64,000 bases of DNA from Polyangiales bacterium (GCA_038230375.1 JBBRNJ010000005.1:1-64000), one strand, 5' to 3'; counted from the first letter of the stretch, positions 1 to 10,743 are shown. Made by a program: numbers and translations. The notes: generated by a model from the letters alone, not told the origin.

Positions 1-2500
1 ACCGTTTACGTTATCGGTGAGATCTTTCCAAGTACCCGAGACCCCTTTAACGTCGGCTTGTCCTCCGAGTCGACCTTCCGTACCGACTTCTTTCGCAACC
101 CGTGTAACTTCGGCAGCGAACGAGTTCAGCTGATCGACCATCGTGTTGATGGTGTTCTTCAGCGCGAGCACCTCGCCCTTGGCGTCGACGGTGATCTTCT
201 TGGAGAGGTCGCCCTTCGCGACCGAGGTCGTCACCTCGGCGATATTTCGCACCTGCGCGGTGAGGTTTCCGGCGAGGACGTTGACGTTGTCGGTGAGGTC
301 CTTCCACGTGCCGGAGACGCCCTTCACCTCGGCCTGGCCTCCGAGCTTTCCTTCGGTGCCGACCTCCTTCGCGACGCGCGTCACCTCTCCGGCGAACGAG
401 CGGAGCTGATCGACCATCGTGTTGATGGTGTTCTTCAGCTCGAGCACCTCTCCACGCACGTCGACGCTGATCTTCTGCGACAGGTCGCCGTTTGCGACGG
501 CAGTCGTGACCTTGGCGATGTTTCGCACCTGATCGGTCAGGTTGCCGGCGAGGACGTTGACGTTGTCCGTCAGATCCTTCCACGTTCCTGCAACGCCGGG
601 CACGTCCGCCTGCGCGCCCAGCTTGCCCTCCACGCCTACGGTCTTGGCGACGCTGGTGACCTGCTCTGCGAAAATGGAGAGCGTCTTCGTCATGCTGTTC
701 AGCGTGTCCGCCAGGGCGGCGACCTCGCCCTTTGCGTCGACGACGAGCTTCTGTCGCAGGTCTCCGTTCGCGACCGCCGTGACGACCTTGACGATACCGC
801 GCACCTGCGTCGTGAGGTTCGACGCCATGAAATTCACGTTGTCGGTGAGATCCTTCCAGACACCGGACACACCCTTCACGTCGGCTTGCCCGCCGAGCTT
901 GCCCTCGGTACCGACCTCCTTCGCGACGCGCGTCACCTCGGCTGCGAACGAGTTCAGCTGATCGACCATCGTGTTGATGGTGCTCTTCAGCTCCAGAACC
1001 TCGCCCTTGGCGTCGACGGTGATCTTCTTCGAGAGGTCGCCCTTCGCGACGGAGGTCGTCACCTCGGCGATGTTTCGCACCTGCGCCGTCAGGTTGTTGG
1101 CGAGCAGATTGACGTTGTCGGTGAGGTCCTTCCACGTGCCGGCCACGCCAGGTACGTCTGCCTGCGCGCCGAGCTGTCCTTCCACACCCACCGTGCGCGC
1201 GACGTCCGTCACTTGCTCCGCGAAGACGCCGAGCGTGTCGGTCATGGCGTTGATCGTGTCCGCCAGGGAGGCGATTTCGCCCTTGGCCTCCACCTTCAGT
1301 CGCTGGGAGAGATCGCCATTCGCGACCGCGGTCACGACGCGCGCGATGCCGCGCACCTGCGTCGTGAGGTTCGACGCCATGAAATTCACGTTGTCGGTGA
1401 GATCTTTCCAGGTGCCGGAGACGCCCTGGACGTCCGCCTGTCCGCCAAGCTTTCCGTCGGTGCCGACCTCCTTCGCGACACGCGTCACTTCAGCCGCAAA
1501 CGAGTTCAGCTGATCGACCATCGTGTTGATGGTGTTCTTGAGGCCGAGGACCTCACCCTTCACGTCGACCGTGATCTTGCGCGAGAGGTCACCCTTCGCG
1601 ACGCTGGTCGTGACGTCGGCGATGTTCCGGACCTGCGCGGTGAGGTTGTTCGCGAGCAGGTTGACGTTGTCCGTCAGATCCTTCCACGTACCTGCAACGC
1701 CGGGAACGAGCGCCTGTGCGCCGAGCTCGCCCTCGACACCGACCGTGCGCGCGACGCTCGTGACCTGCTCCGCGAAGATGCCGAGCGTCTTGGTCATGTT
1801 GTTGAGCGTGTCGCCCAGGGCCGCGATCTCGCCCTTGGCATTCACCTGCAGCTTCTGCGAGAGGTCTCCGTTCGCGACCGCGGTGACGACCTTGACGATG
1901 CCGCGCACCTGGGTCGTGAGGTTCGACGCCATGAAGTTCACGTTGTCGGTGAGATCCTTCCAGACCCCCGACACGCCCTTCACATCGGCCTGTCCGCCCA
2001 GGCGCCCCTCGGTACCAACGTCCTTCGCGACACGCGTCACCTCACTCGCGAACGAGTTGAGCTGATCGACCATGGTGTTGACGGTGTTCTTGAGCTCGAG
2101 GACCTCGCCGCGCGCGTCGACCGTGATCTTCTTGGAGAGGTCGCCCTTCGCGACGCTGGTCGTGACGTCGGCGATGTTTCGCACCTGCGCCGTGAGGTTG
2201 TTGGCGAGCAGGTTCACGTTGTCGGTGAGATCGCGCCAGATGCCGGCCGCATCGGGAACGGCGGCCTGACCGCCGAGCTTTCCGTCCGTACCGACCTCCT
2301 TCGCGACGCGCGTGACCTCGGCCGCGAACGAGCTCAGCTGATCGACCATCGCGTTGACCGTCGTCCCGATTCGCAGGAACTCGCCCTTCACGGGCTGCCC
2401 CTCGATCTCGAGCGCCATCTTCTGCGTGAGGTCACCCTCGGCCACGGCGCTGATGACGCGCGCGACCTCGGTGGTCGGTTGCACGAGGTCACCGATGAGC
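1..2500 (-). repeat. 276-bp tandem coding repeat (HAMP units) with a 552-bp higher-order period
   Basis: GATCGACCAT recurs at about 132, 408, 960, 1512, 2064 and 2340. Variant units lie at about 684, 1236 and 1788. Confidence 0.9.
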
Positions 2501-2856
2501 GCGTTGATCGAGCCGATGCTCGTCGCCCACCCGCCCTGGACGTCATCACCGAGCGATGCGCGCTCGTGCATCCGGCCCTCGCGGCCGACGACGCTCTCGA
2601 CGCGGACCATTTCGTTCGCGAGGAGCTGGTTCTTCGCGACCACGCTGTTCACGGCGCGCGCGATGTCGTTCATCACGCCGTTCCCGCGCGTTGTCGGGAG
2701 CCGCACGGCAAAGTCGCCGCGCTCCGCCGCGTGGAGCGCATCCAGCAATCGCTCCAGCTGGGCATCCGTCGGCCCGCCGTGTGCGCGCTTGCCGTTGCCG
2801 TTACGTGCCTTCTTCGTCTGTGCGAGCTCGAGGCTCGGCGGCCGATTCACGTTCAC
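1..2856 (-). CDS. Poly-HAMP sensor histidine kinase (Nik1/Os-1-like), N-terminal part; runs off the left edge
   Basis: Open minus frame from GTG at 2856 with GGAG upstream. About 9-10 repeats of 92 aa ([40 protein letters not shown]). The kinase core lies outside the window and is inferred. Confidence 0.88.
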   Translation of the reverse strand, partial: MNVNRPPSLELAQTKKARNGNGKRAHGGPTDAQLERLLDALHAAERGDFAVRLPTTRGNGVMNDIARAVNSVVAKNQLLANEMVRVESVVGREGRMHERASLGDDVQGGWATSIGSINALIGDLVQPTTEVARVISAVAEGDLTQKMALEIEGQPVKGEFLRIGTTVNAMVDQLSSFAAEVTRVAKEVGTDGKLGGQAAVPDAAGIWRDLTDNVNLLANNLTAQVRNIADVTTSVAKGDLSKKITVDARGEVLELKNTVNTMVDQLNSFASEVTRVAKDVGTEGRLGGQADVKGVSGVWKDLTDNVNFMASNLTTQVRGIVKVVTAVANGDLSQKLQVNAKGEIAALGDTLNNMTKTLGIFAEQVTSVARTVGVEGELGAQALVPGVAGTWKDLTDNVNLLANNLTAQVRNIADVTTSVAKGDLSRKITVDVKGEVLGLKNTINTMVDQLNSFAAEVTRVAKEVGTDGKLGGQADVQGVSGTWKDLTDNVNFMASNLTTQVRGIARVVTAVANGDLSQRLKVEAKGEIASLADTINAMTDTLGVFAEQVTDVARTVGVEGQLGAQADVPGVAGTWKDLTDNVNLLANNLTAQVRNIAEVTTSVAKGDLSKKITVDAKGEVLELKSTINTMVDQLNSFAAEVTRVAKEVGTEGKLGGQADVKGVSGVWKDLTDNVNFMASNLTTQVRGIVKVVTAVANGDLRQKLVVDAKGEVAALADTLNSMTKTLSIFAEQVTSVAKTVGVEGKLGAQADVPGVAGTWKDLTDNVNVLAGNLTDQVRNIAKVTTAVANGDLSQKISVDVRGEVLELKNTINTMVDQLRSFAGEVTRVAKEVGTEGKLGGQAEVKGVSGTWKDLTDNVNVLAGNLTAQVRNIAEVTTSVAKGDLSKKITVDAKGEVLALKNTINTMVDQLNSFAAEVTRVAKEVGTEGRLGGQADVKGVSGTWKDLTDNVNG

Positions 2857-2909
2857 GTTGCGCGCTCCGTCGATGTGGGCGTTTTGGGGGAAGAGAACCC
2901 GCGCAGAAA

Positions 2910-2925
2910 AGCAAAACGTGTTCCA
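2910..2925 (-). promoter_or_regulatory. Putative sigma-54 promoter of the poly-HAMP kinase
   Basis: TGGAACACGTTTTGCT matches GG-N10-GC (TGGCAC-N5-TTGC), about 55 nt upstream of the start. Confidence 0.6.
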
Positions 2926-3076
2926 CCGCTAGACGTGCAGCCAACTGATCGTGGCCTTCATATCGTCGAACGAGTGAGGCGCAAACGCGCGCGCGCAGGC
3001 GATGCAAATTTGACACATTGTGGCGCCGGTGATGGAGCGCCGGTTGCCAGACGCGCAAGATATGCAACCATGTCCA

Positions 3077-3092
3077 CGGCACGCCCGTTGCT
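3077..3092 (+). promoter_or_regulatory. Putative sigma-54 promoter of the NtrC-family regulator
   Basis: CGGCACGCCCGTTGCT, GG-N10-GC. Confidence 0.5.
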
Positions 3093-3109
3093 GAGGGGGC
3101 AATACCCGC

Positions 3110-4500
3110 ATGAAAGAACGAATCCTCATTGTCGACGACGACCAGGACCAGTGCGACCTCCTGCAGCTCCTTGTCACCAAGCTCGAGTATGCGGTCGTAA
3201 CGACCACGTCTCCCAGGAGGCGCTCGAACAGGTTGCGCGAACCAACTTCGACGCGATCATCACGGACCTCGAGATGAGCACCATGTCGGGTGTCGAGCTG
3301 TGCGCGCGCGTCGCGGCCACCCGGCCCGACATCCCCGTCATCCTCGTCACTGGCGTTGGCTCCATGGATTCCGCAGTGGCCGCCATGCGTGCCGGTGCGT
3401 ACGACTTCCTCGCGAAGCCCGTCAACGTGAATGCTCTGGGTCTCACGCTCAAGCGTGCGGCGGAGAACCACAGGCTGCGTGAAGAAGTGAAGGTCCTCCG
3501 CGCCGCCGTGCCCGACCAGAGCGTGGAGGGCATGATCGGCGAGAGCGCGCCCGTGAAGTGTGTGCGCGATCTCATCGAGCGCGTGGCCTCGTCCGACGTG
3601 TCCGTGCTCGTGGAGGGCGAGACCGGCACCGGCAAGGAGCTCGTCGCGCGCGCGGTTCATCGCGCGAGCACCCGGAAGGCCGGGCCATTCGTGGCGATCA
3701 ACTGCGCGGCCGTGCCGGTGAACCTCCTGGAGAGTGAGCTCTTCGGACACGCTCGAGGCGCCTTCACCGACGCAAAAAACGCACGCGAAGGTCTCTTCGT
3801 GCAGGCCTCCGGCGGTACGCTCTTCCTGGACGAGATCGGCGAGATGCCTCTGGAGATGCAGGCCAAGCTGCTTCGCGCGCTCCAGGAGCGCACCGTTCGG
3901 CCCGTCGGTGGCAACGTCGAGATCCCTTTCGATACGCGGATCGTCACGGCCACGCACCGCGATCTGGAGAGCGAGTGCAAGGCGCAGCGCTTCCGTGAGG
4001 ACCTCTACTACCGGATCAACGTGGTGAAGGTGCCAGTGCCGCCGCTGCGCGACCGCGGCAACGACATCATGCTCCTGGCAACCTGGTTCCTGAAGCGGGC
4101 CTGCCAGAGGAGTGGCCGTGAGGAGATCGGGCTCTCGCCCCAGGTTGCCGGACTGCTGCTCTCGTACGAGTGGCCGGGCAACGTCCGCGAGCTGGAAAAC
4201 TGCATGGAACGTGCTGTCGCGCTCGCACGACTGAGCCACGTGAGCGCCGAGGATCTTCCGGAGAAGATAAGGACGTTCAGCCCCAACCGCGTCGTGCTGT
4301 CAGCAGAGACCGAAGAGGAGATCCTCTCGCTCGAGGAGCTGGAGCGTCGCTACATCCTGCGGGCGCTCAAGATCCTGAACGGCAACCGCTCGCGCGCCGC
4401 CACGCTGCTGGGTATGGACAGGCGAACGCTCTACAGGCGCCTGGAGACGTACCACACGTCTCAGATCCCGCCGGCGAAGGAGCCGCGCCTGTCCTCTTGA
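3110..4500 (+). pseudogene. Sigma-54-dependent response regulator (REC-AAA+-HTH) with an apparent 1-nt deletion near 3213; real pseudogene or sequencing error
   Basis: ATG 3110 gives MKERILIVDDD...TTSP, then the frame shifts to QEALEQ..ITDLEM, GETGTGKE, GAFTDA, FLDEIGE, WPGNVREL and a Fis-type HTH. Adding one C at TCTCCC^AGG restores the frame. Confidence 0.85.
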
Positions 4501-4533
4501 CCGGCGCGGGCACACCACCGATTCGTTTCTACG

Positions 4534-6515
4534 TCACGTAGGAGTGGGCGCCGGGTCGGGCGTCGCGTCGCCAAGATGCCGCACGAGCGTCGCGACGAGC
4601 TCGGCTGGCTCGATTGGTTTTGCGGCATGCCCGTCGAAGCCTGCCTCGAGCGCGGCCCGGCGATCCTCCGCGCGCGCATAGGCGGTCAGCGCGACCAGGA
4701 TGCGCGGCCTGCGCGGGTGGGCGCGCAACGTGCGGCCCAGAACGTACCCATCTTGATCCGGCATGCCGATGTCGCTGACGAGGATGTTGTACTCATCAGC
4801 CTCGACCTGCGCGATGGCCTCGCGAACCGAGCTCACCGCGTCCGTGTGCGCGCCGTTCCGACGAAGCACCAACGCGAGGAGCTCGCGTGCGTCGTCCTCG
4901 TCGTCGACGACGAGAATGCGAAAGCCGTCCAGTGGCTTCAGCGGTGTGACGCGCTGGGTCTGGACCGGAAGTCCCTTCGGCGCAGCCTCCAGCGTCTCGC
5001 TCGGTATGGGTCCTTGCGCAGGCAGACGAACGATGAACGTGGTGCCCTGTCCCTCGCCCCTGCTTTCGACGTGCACGGTGCCGCCATGCATCTCGACGAT
5101 GTGCCGTACGATGGCGAGCCCGAGCCCGAGCCCGCCTTGCGTGCGTGTGGTGCCGCTGTCCTGCTGACGAAATCGCTCGAACACGTGCGGCAGGAACGTC
5201 TCGCGCACGCCCTGGCCCGTGTCCGTCACGCGGATCTCCACCAGGCCTCCTTCGCGCGCAACGGCCACCGAAACCGAACCGCCCGCTGGCGTGAACTTGA
5301 CCGCATTGGAGAGCAGGTTCCACAAGACCTGCTTGATGCGGTCTTCGTCCGCCACGATGGCGCCCAGGTTCGGCTCGACCGCGGCAGAGAGCGTGATTGA
5401 CTTTGCAAGTGCCGCGGGGCGAATTGTATCCAGCGCGAACTCGACGGCGGGCAACAGCTCCACCGCGTGACGGGCGATCCGGAGCTTGCCGGAGATGACG
5501 CGCGAGACGTCGAGCAGGTCCTCGATGATGCGAGCCTGCGAGTGGGCGTTGCGCTCGATGATCATGAGCCCGTGCTCCACCTGCGCCGGCTCCAGCCCGC
5601 CCTCACGGAGCGTACGCGCCCACCCCAGTATGGATTGCAGCGGCGTTCGGAGCTCGTGTGACACCGTGGAGAGGAACTCGTCCTTCATGCGATTGAGACG
5701 CTCGGCCTCGGTGCGCGCGATGTGCTCGCCCTCGTGTGCGAGCTCCAGCTGCCGCTCTGATTGCTTCGCTGGGTGATCTCGTCGGTGATGCCGCCCACGC
5801 CAATGCAGCGAGCACGCGCCAAGACCGGGTAGTACTTCACGCGCCGGTATCGCCGGTTTTCCTCGGGTCCTTCCGAGCTGACCTCGTGGGTGATGGTCTC
5901 CCCGGTGTCGCGAACCTTGGCAAGCAGCTCCATGACTTGGTCGCCAGTCGCCGGAAACAGCTCTTTTTCCGTGTGTCCCGTGTGGGCCGCGGCCGGTAGC
6001 CCGTTCATCTCGGCGAGCATGCGGTTCACGCGGATGTACCGCAGGTCGCGGCCCCAGAGACCAATGCCCACGGGCGCCTGATGGAGAAGTGTGTCGAGCG
6101 CGGCGACCGCCTCCTCGCGTTCGCGGGAGAGACTCTCGCGCTCCTGGGCCTCGCGATGGCGCGCAGTCACGTCCACCGCGACACCCACGAGCCGTGTGGA
6201 CTTGTTGTTCTCATCTACGCGCGCGCTCCCACGTACGGAGACCCACCGCTCGCTGCCGTCTGGGCGGATGATGCGGTACTCTTCGCGATACGGAACGGAG
6301 CGCTCCGTGGCAGCGTGTACAGCCGCCTCGACGCGACCGCGATCGTCCGGGTGTACGAACGCGAGGAAGCGCTCGAACGAGAGCTCAGCTTCGTCGACCA
6401 GACCGAAGAGCTGCCTGCAGCGCTCGTCCCATGCGATGCGAAGGGTCGCGAGGTCGTAGTCCCAGCAGCCGACCCCAGCTGCGTCGAGCGCAAGATTCAG
6501 CCGCTGTTGCAACAT
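4534..6515 (-). pseudogene. PAS-PAS-HisKA-HATPase-REC hybrid kinase split by an apparent 1-nt deletion near 5766
   Basis: The PAS ORF 5685-6515 reads ..DEITQR and the other frame continues KQSERQLELAHE..AERLNRMKDEFLSTVSHELRTPL. N-box NLLSNAVKF, GLGLGL and REC SDIGMP/KP are present. Confidence 0.85.
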
Positions 6516-6610
6516 GGTCCCAATGTCCTTGCGCTCATCATGAACCCTGGTGCCGATATTCGCCAGCGACTACGCTGGCACAACGCGTCCTCGCGGCGCA
6601 TCGAACACAT

Positions 6611-7246
6611 ATGGAACCGTACCTTCGAACAACCTTCCTCGAGCGGCTTGCCCACGACCTGCGCGGTGCCACGTCGACCGGAGCCGGTGCGCTGGACGAG
6701 CTCAGCGAGCAGCTGCGCGGTACCGACGGCGAACTCTTCGCGCAGATCGCGCGGCGCTCGCTCGCGCGTGTGTTGCGAATCAGCACTTCGCTGGGAGACG
6801 CGGCAGAGCTGGAACGCGGCGCCGTGGCCCTGCAGACGGCCGACGCCGACCTCCTGGAGGTGGCAAACGCCGCGGCGGAAGGCGCGCGCGCTCTCGAGAA
6901 TCGGCGCGGCGTGGGGCTCACCGTGGGAGGTGCAGGGCGTGCTCGCTGCGACGCGGCTCGCATCAAGCGGGCGATCTTCGAGCTCGTCTCGAACGCCATT
7001 CGCGTCGCCCGAACAACGGTGCGCATCGATGTGCGGGTGGAGAGCAACCGCGCCACGATCACGGTCGACGACGATGGTCCGGGCTGCCCGCCAGCTGCGG
7101 CGCGCTTCACGCCCACCACCGAGCGACGCGGCCTTGGCCTCGGGTTGCCCCTCGCGGTCGAGATCGCGGCGCTGCACGGCGGCTCTCTCGAGATCACACG
7201 CAAGGCGGAGTTCACGTCTGTCTCCATTTCGTTTCCGGCAACGTAA
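6611..7246 (+). CDS. Sensorless histidine kinase (HisKA + HATPase only)
   Basis: LAHDLRG near the N-terminus, ELVSNAI, DDDGPG, GLGLGL. Confidence 0.75.
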   Translation: MEPYLRTTFLERLAHDLRGATSTGAGALDELSEQLRGTDGELFAQIARRSLARVLRISTSLGDAAELERGAVALQTADADLLEVANAAAEGARALENRRGVGLTVGGAGRARCDAARIKRAIFELVSNAIRVARTTVRIDVRVESNRATITVDDDGPGCPPAAARFTPTTERRGLGLGLPLAVEIAALHGGSLEITRKAEFTSVSISFPAT

Positions 7247-7253
7247 CGGGTAG

Positions 7254-8585
7254 TCACTGCACGAGGTCGGGGGAGGGCGTTGGCGCTTCCGCAACGACGG
7301 ACGCAGCCGGAGGTGGCGGCAGCGCGGGCTGGGCCAATACAGGATGGCGCGCAGCGGTGGACCGAGGCGCCAACTGGTGCATCGGGATCGTCAGCGCGGT
7401 AACGCTGACGGTGTCGGCCGTCACAGCCGCCGTGGGCGCAAGGGCCTCGGCAGGCGCCGCAGACGCATGCGGCCGTGCAAACCCGGCGAGCAGAGCAACG
7501 GTGGCGGCGAGGCCCACGATCGCGAGCAACGGCCAGCGTGATGTCCGCTTGTTCTTGCTGCCCGGTGCGACCGTGGGCGCGAGGGGGCGCGGCGGCTCGC
7601 TCTGGGCCACGACGTCCTGCAGCGCTTGCTCACCGCGAACCACGTCCGTCGGCAGCGGCGTGCGACGAGCGGCGCGCGCGGCCTCCACGATGCGCGGGAG
7701 CCGCGCGGCAGAGTCGGGACCGCCAAACTCGACCAGCGCGTTGGCGAGGGCCTCCACGTCTTGAAATCGCTCGGCGGGGTCCGGGCGCAGGCAGCGCAGG
7801 ATCGCCTCCGACAGGCCGGGCGGAATGCCGGCGCGCATCGCCACCGGATCCGGCGGCGGCTCCACAATGGCGCGGGCCAAGATCTCTCCGAGCGCGCCGC
7901 TTCCGAACGGAAGCGCCTGCGTGAGGAGCTCGAAGAGCACCACGCCAAGGCCCCACACATCCGCGCGTTCGTCCGCGTCCTCTGCGCCGGCCATCTGCTC
8001 CGGAGACATGTATGACGGGGAGCCAAGCGCAGTACCGGCTTGCGTGATCCGCGCGGCTCCGGACAGATCCACCTTGGACACTCCAAAGTCGATGAGCTTC
8101 ACGTTCGGAAGGCCGTCGCGCCCGCGCGTCACGAACAGGTTGGACGGCTTCAGATCGCGATGAACGATGCCGCGCGCGTGGACCTCGGCGAGCGCTTCGC
8201 ACGCCTGCAGGACGTAGTCGATCGCCGTCTCGATCGGGAGCGGGCCGGAGCGCGTGAGGACCTGCGACAGGTCGCGTCCCTCGAGCCACTCCATGACCAG
8301 ATATGGAGCGCCGCTGGGCAATACGGCGACGTCGAATACCTTCACGATGTGCGGGCTCTCGAGCTGCGTCGCCAGCCGGGCTTCGCGAAGGAAGCGCGCC
8401 GCGACGCCAGGTAGCTTCAGCACCCTCTTCGAGATCACCTTGACCGCGACGGGGCGCGCAAGGAGCAGATGGGTCGCGCGAAATACGGTGCCCATCCCAC
8501 CCGCTGCGCAGAGCGCGTCAATGCGGTAGCGCCCGTCGATGACGTCGCCCACGGCGCAAGGTAGCTCTGTCTCGCTGCTGCTCAT
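7254..8585 (-). CDS. Ser/Thr protein kinase (Pkn2-type) with a C-terminal TM segment
   Basis: GGMG, VAVK, HRDLKPSN, DFG, YMSPE and a hydrophobic segment. Confidence 0.93.
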   Translation of the reverse strand: MSSSETELPCAVGDVIDGRYRIDALCAAGGMGTVFRATHLLLARPVAVKVISKRVLKLPGVAARFLREARLATQLESPHIVKVFDVAVLPSGAPYLVMEWLEGRDLSQVLTRSGPLPIETAIDYVLQACEALAEVHARGIVHRDLKPSNLFVTRGRDGLPNVKLIDFGVSKVDLSGAARITQAGTALGSPSYMSPEQMAGAEDADERADVWGLGVVLFELLTQALPFGSGALGEILARAIVEPPPDPVAMRAGIPPGLSEAILRCLRPDPAERFQDVEALANALVEFGGPDSAARLPRIVEAARAARRTPLPTDVVRGEQALQDVVAQSEPPRPLAPTVAPGSKNKRTSRWPLLAIVGLAATVALLAGFARPHASAAPAEALAPTAAVTADTVSVTALTIPMHQLAPRSTAARHPVLAQPALPPPPAASVVAEAPTPSPDLVQ

Positions 8586-8619
8586 GTGGATTGCCTCGGT
8601 TCTTCTTCCGAGCTGCTCG

Positions 8620-8635
8620 AGCAGGCGCCGTGCCA
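8620..8635 (-). promoter_or_regulatory. Putative sigma-54 promoter of the Ser/Thr kinase
   Basis: TGGCACGGCGCCTGCT on the minus strand, 35 nt upstream of the ATG. Confidence 0.55.
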
Positions 8636-8758
8636 GGCCACCTCCCGTTTCAGCGCCGCCTGACGCCGTGGCACTTCCGTCGCGCGCCCTCCGGGGCGGG
8701 GACTTTTGCGCACTCGCGCTGTGTCGGAATTACGCAGGTGAGGCGCCAGTGCTCGACG

Positions 8759-10009
8759 CTAAATCTCGACCAAACCCTGGTGGGTCTCCAGTGCACGCTC
8801 ACGGAGCGATCGACGAACCATCGTCACGACGTCGGAGATCACCACCGGCTTCACCAGGAACCGGTCCGCGCCCAGCGTGGAGAGTCGCTGCCAGTCTGCG
8901 GGTGTTCCAGATGCGGTGAGCACCAGGATCGGGACACGCGCGCTCTTGTCGCGCGATCGGATGAGGGCGGTGAGCTCGGTGCCGTCCAGCCCCGGCATCT
9001 GGAGGTCCATGATCACGACGGATGGAGTGCGCTCGTCAAACGCAGCGAGCGCGCTGGTTCCATCCGCCACCACCACGATCTCTGCATCGGGGAACTCACG
9101 CGTCAGCTGGAGTTGCATCAGGAAGCGGAAGTCGTCGTTGTCGTCCGCCACCAGGATCCGCGCCGGCTCGCGGGAGCGGTCGCGTCCGGCGAGCAAGTCC
9201 TTGCGGAACGCCTCTGCACTTGGCGTGCGGTCGCCGGGGTCTTGTGCCAGGGCGCGCAGGATCGCGTGGTCGATGTCGGGGCCGAGCTCCGGGCGGATCT
9301 GGCTCGGCGGCGTGACCTTCCCGTGTCCGTGGCGCACCATCATGACGAGCCCGTTCGGTGCGTCGAACGGCGCCATGCCCGTGAGCATCTCGTACGCGAC
9401 ACAGCCGAGCGCGTAGATGTCGGCGCGCGCCGCGAAAGCCGGGTCGACCTTTCTCTGATAGGCGATTTCCGGCGCCATGAACGCCGGCGTTCCTGCGACC
9501 TCGGTGGCGTCCGTCGCGGTCCTGCTGCGCGCCAGCCCAAGATCTGCGATCTTCGGGCGCAGCGCCCGATCCAGGAGGATGTTGCTCGGCTTGATGTCGC
9601 GATGAAGCGTGTTGGCCGCATGAATCGCCGACACGCCTTCACACGTCTGCTCCAGGACCCGCAGCGCTACGCCTATGTCGGCAGGCCCGCCCTCGGGCCG
9701 CCAGGTGTCCAGCGTGGTTCCCTCCACGTACTCCATCACGAAGTACGGCACGCGCTCGTGCTCGCCCAGCGCGTGGATCTGCACGACGTTCGGATGACTG
9801 ACGCGGGCCATGGCCAGCGCTTCGTCACGGAAGCGCGCAAGGAAGTCGTTGTCGATCAGGCTGCGGCGCACGAGCTTCAGCGCGACGCGCCGATCGAGCC
9901 GCTCGTCGTGCGCGAGCAGCACCACGCCCATCGCGCCTTCGCCCAGCTTCTCGCCGATACGATAGGCACCGCCGACCAGCGTTCCCACCTGCGGTATTCC
10001 GCTATCCAT
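8759..10009 (-). CDS. Ser/Thr kinase fused to a C-terminal receiver domain
   Basis: Start MDSGIPQ. Kinase motifs GEGAMG, HRDIKPSN, DLG, FMAPE; receiver motifs ILVADD, MDLQMP, LT, KP. Confidence 0.88.
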   Translation of the reverse strand: MDSGIPQVGTLVGGAYRIGEKLGEGAMGVVLLAHDERLDRRVALKLVRRSLIDNDFLARFRDEALAMARVSHPNVVQIHALGEHERVPYFVMEYVEGTTLDTWRPEGGPADIGVALRVLEQTCEGVSAIHAANTLHRDIKPSNILLDRALRPKIADLGLARSRTATDATEVAGTPAFMAPEIAYQRKVDPAFAARADIYALGCVAYEMLTGMAPFDAPNGLVMMVRHGHGKVTPPSQIRPELGPDIDHAILRALAQDPGDRTPSAEAFRKDLLAGRDRSREPARILVADDNDDFRFLMQLQLTREFPDAEIVVVADGTSALAAFDERTPSVVIMDLQMPGLDGTELTALIRSRDKSARVPILVLTASGTPADWQRLSTLGADRFLVKPVVISDVVTMVRRSLRERALETHQGLVEI

Positions 10010-10271
10010 GGCCGGCTGCAGTCTGCGCGGGTTCTCGCAAGGGAAGTAGGGACGACATGTAAAAGCTCCGCGTCGGTTACCGGCGTCACGAGCGACGCTC
10101 CAACCTACGCGAGCCGATGCAGTGACCGGGCCAACGGAGCCCGACGACCCCCGAGCGCAGGCCGGCCTGGGAATGGGACCACCTGGGAGCGCGCAAAAAC
10201 ACCCCAATGGTCCCCATTCGCCACGCGGGCGGCGTGCGACGTGGGCGCTGCGCACCGCGTCCGGACCGGCA

Positions 10272-10299
10272 TTGACGGGGCTGTCCGCACGGCTACGCT
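10272..10299 (+). promoter_or_regulatory. Possible sigma-70 promoter
   Basis: TTGACG-N16-TACGCT upstream of the receiver gene. Confidence 0.35.
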
Positions 10300-10344
10300 G
10301 GTCTCGGTCGACAGGCCCTCGACGTCCAACCGTAGAGTCCAACC

Positions 10345-10743
10345 ATGACTTCGCTTGATTGCCCGGAGCTCGCTGGTGTGCGCGTCCTCGTCGTGGACGA
10401 CGACGAAGACAGCCGCGAGCTGTACGCAACCGTCCTTGCCAGTCATGGCGCCGTCGTGACCATGGCGGCCACCGCAGGCGAAGCGTTCGCCGCATTCGAA
10501 CGCGAGGCGCCGCGGATCGTGCTCTCCGACATCGGGCTTCCCGAAGAAGACGGCTTCAGCCTCATGCGGAAGATCCGCGCGACCGATGCCCACCGCGGAG
10601 CTCCCATCCTGGCGATCGCGTTGAGCGGCTACGACAGAGACCCCGCTCGAGAGACCCCTGAAGACGGGTTCGATCTTCACTTCACCAAGCCGGTGCCCCT
10701 GCCAAAGCTGATCTCCGCGCTCCGCAAGTTCCTCGCTCCCTGA
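10345..10743 (+). CDS. Single-domain response regulator
   Basis: VLVVDDD, SDIGLP, ALSG, KP. Confidence 0.9.
   Translation: MTSLDCPELAGVRVLVVDDDEDSRELYATVLASHGAVVTMAATAGEAFAAFEREAPRIVLSDIGLPEEDGFSLMRKIRATDAHRGAPILAIALSGYDRDPARETPEDGFDLHFTKPVPLPKLISALRKFLAP

Noticed and set aside
1..2500. 276-bp repeats as a DGR template/variable pair or CRISPR array
   Set aside because: They are in-frame protein repeats with largely synonymous differences. There is no adenine-specific pattern, and no reverse transcriptase or cas gene was seen.
58..4500. 1480-aa plus-strand ORF as one giant protein
   Set aside because: The first ~1000 aa are the antisense shadow of the HAMP gene plus intergenic DNA. Only the part after about 3215 is real and belongs to the frameshifted activator.
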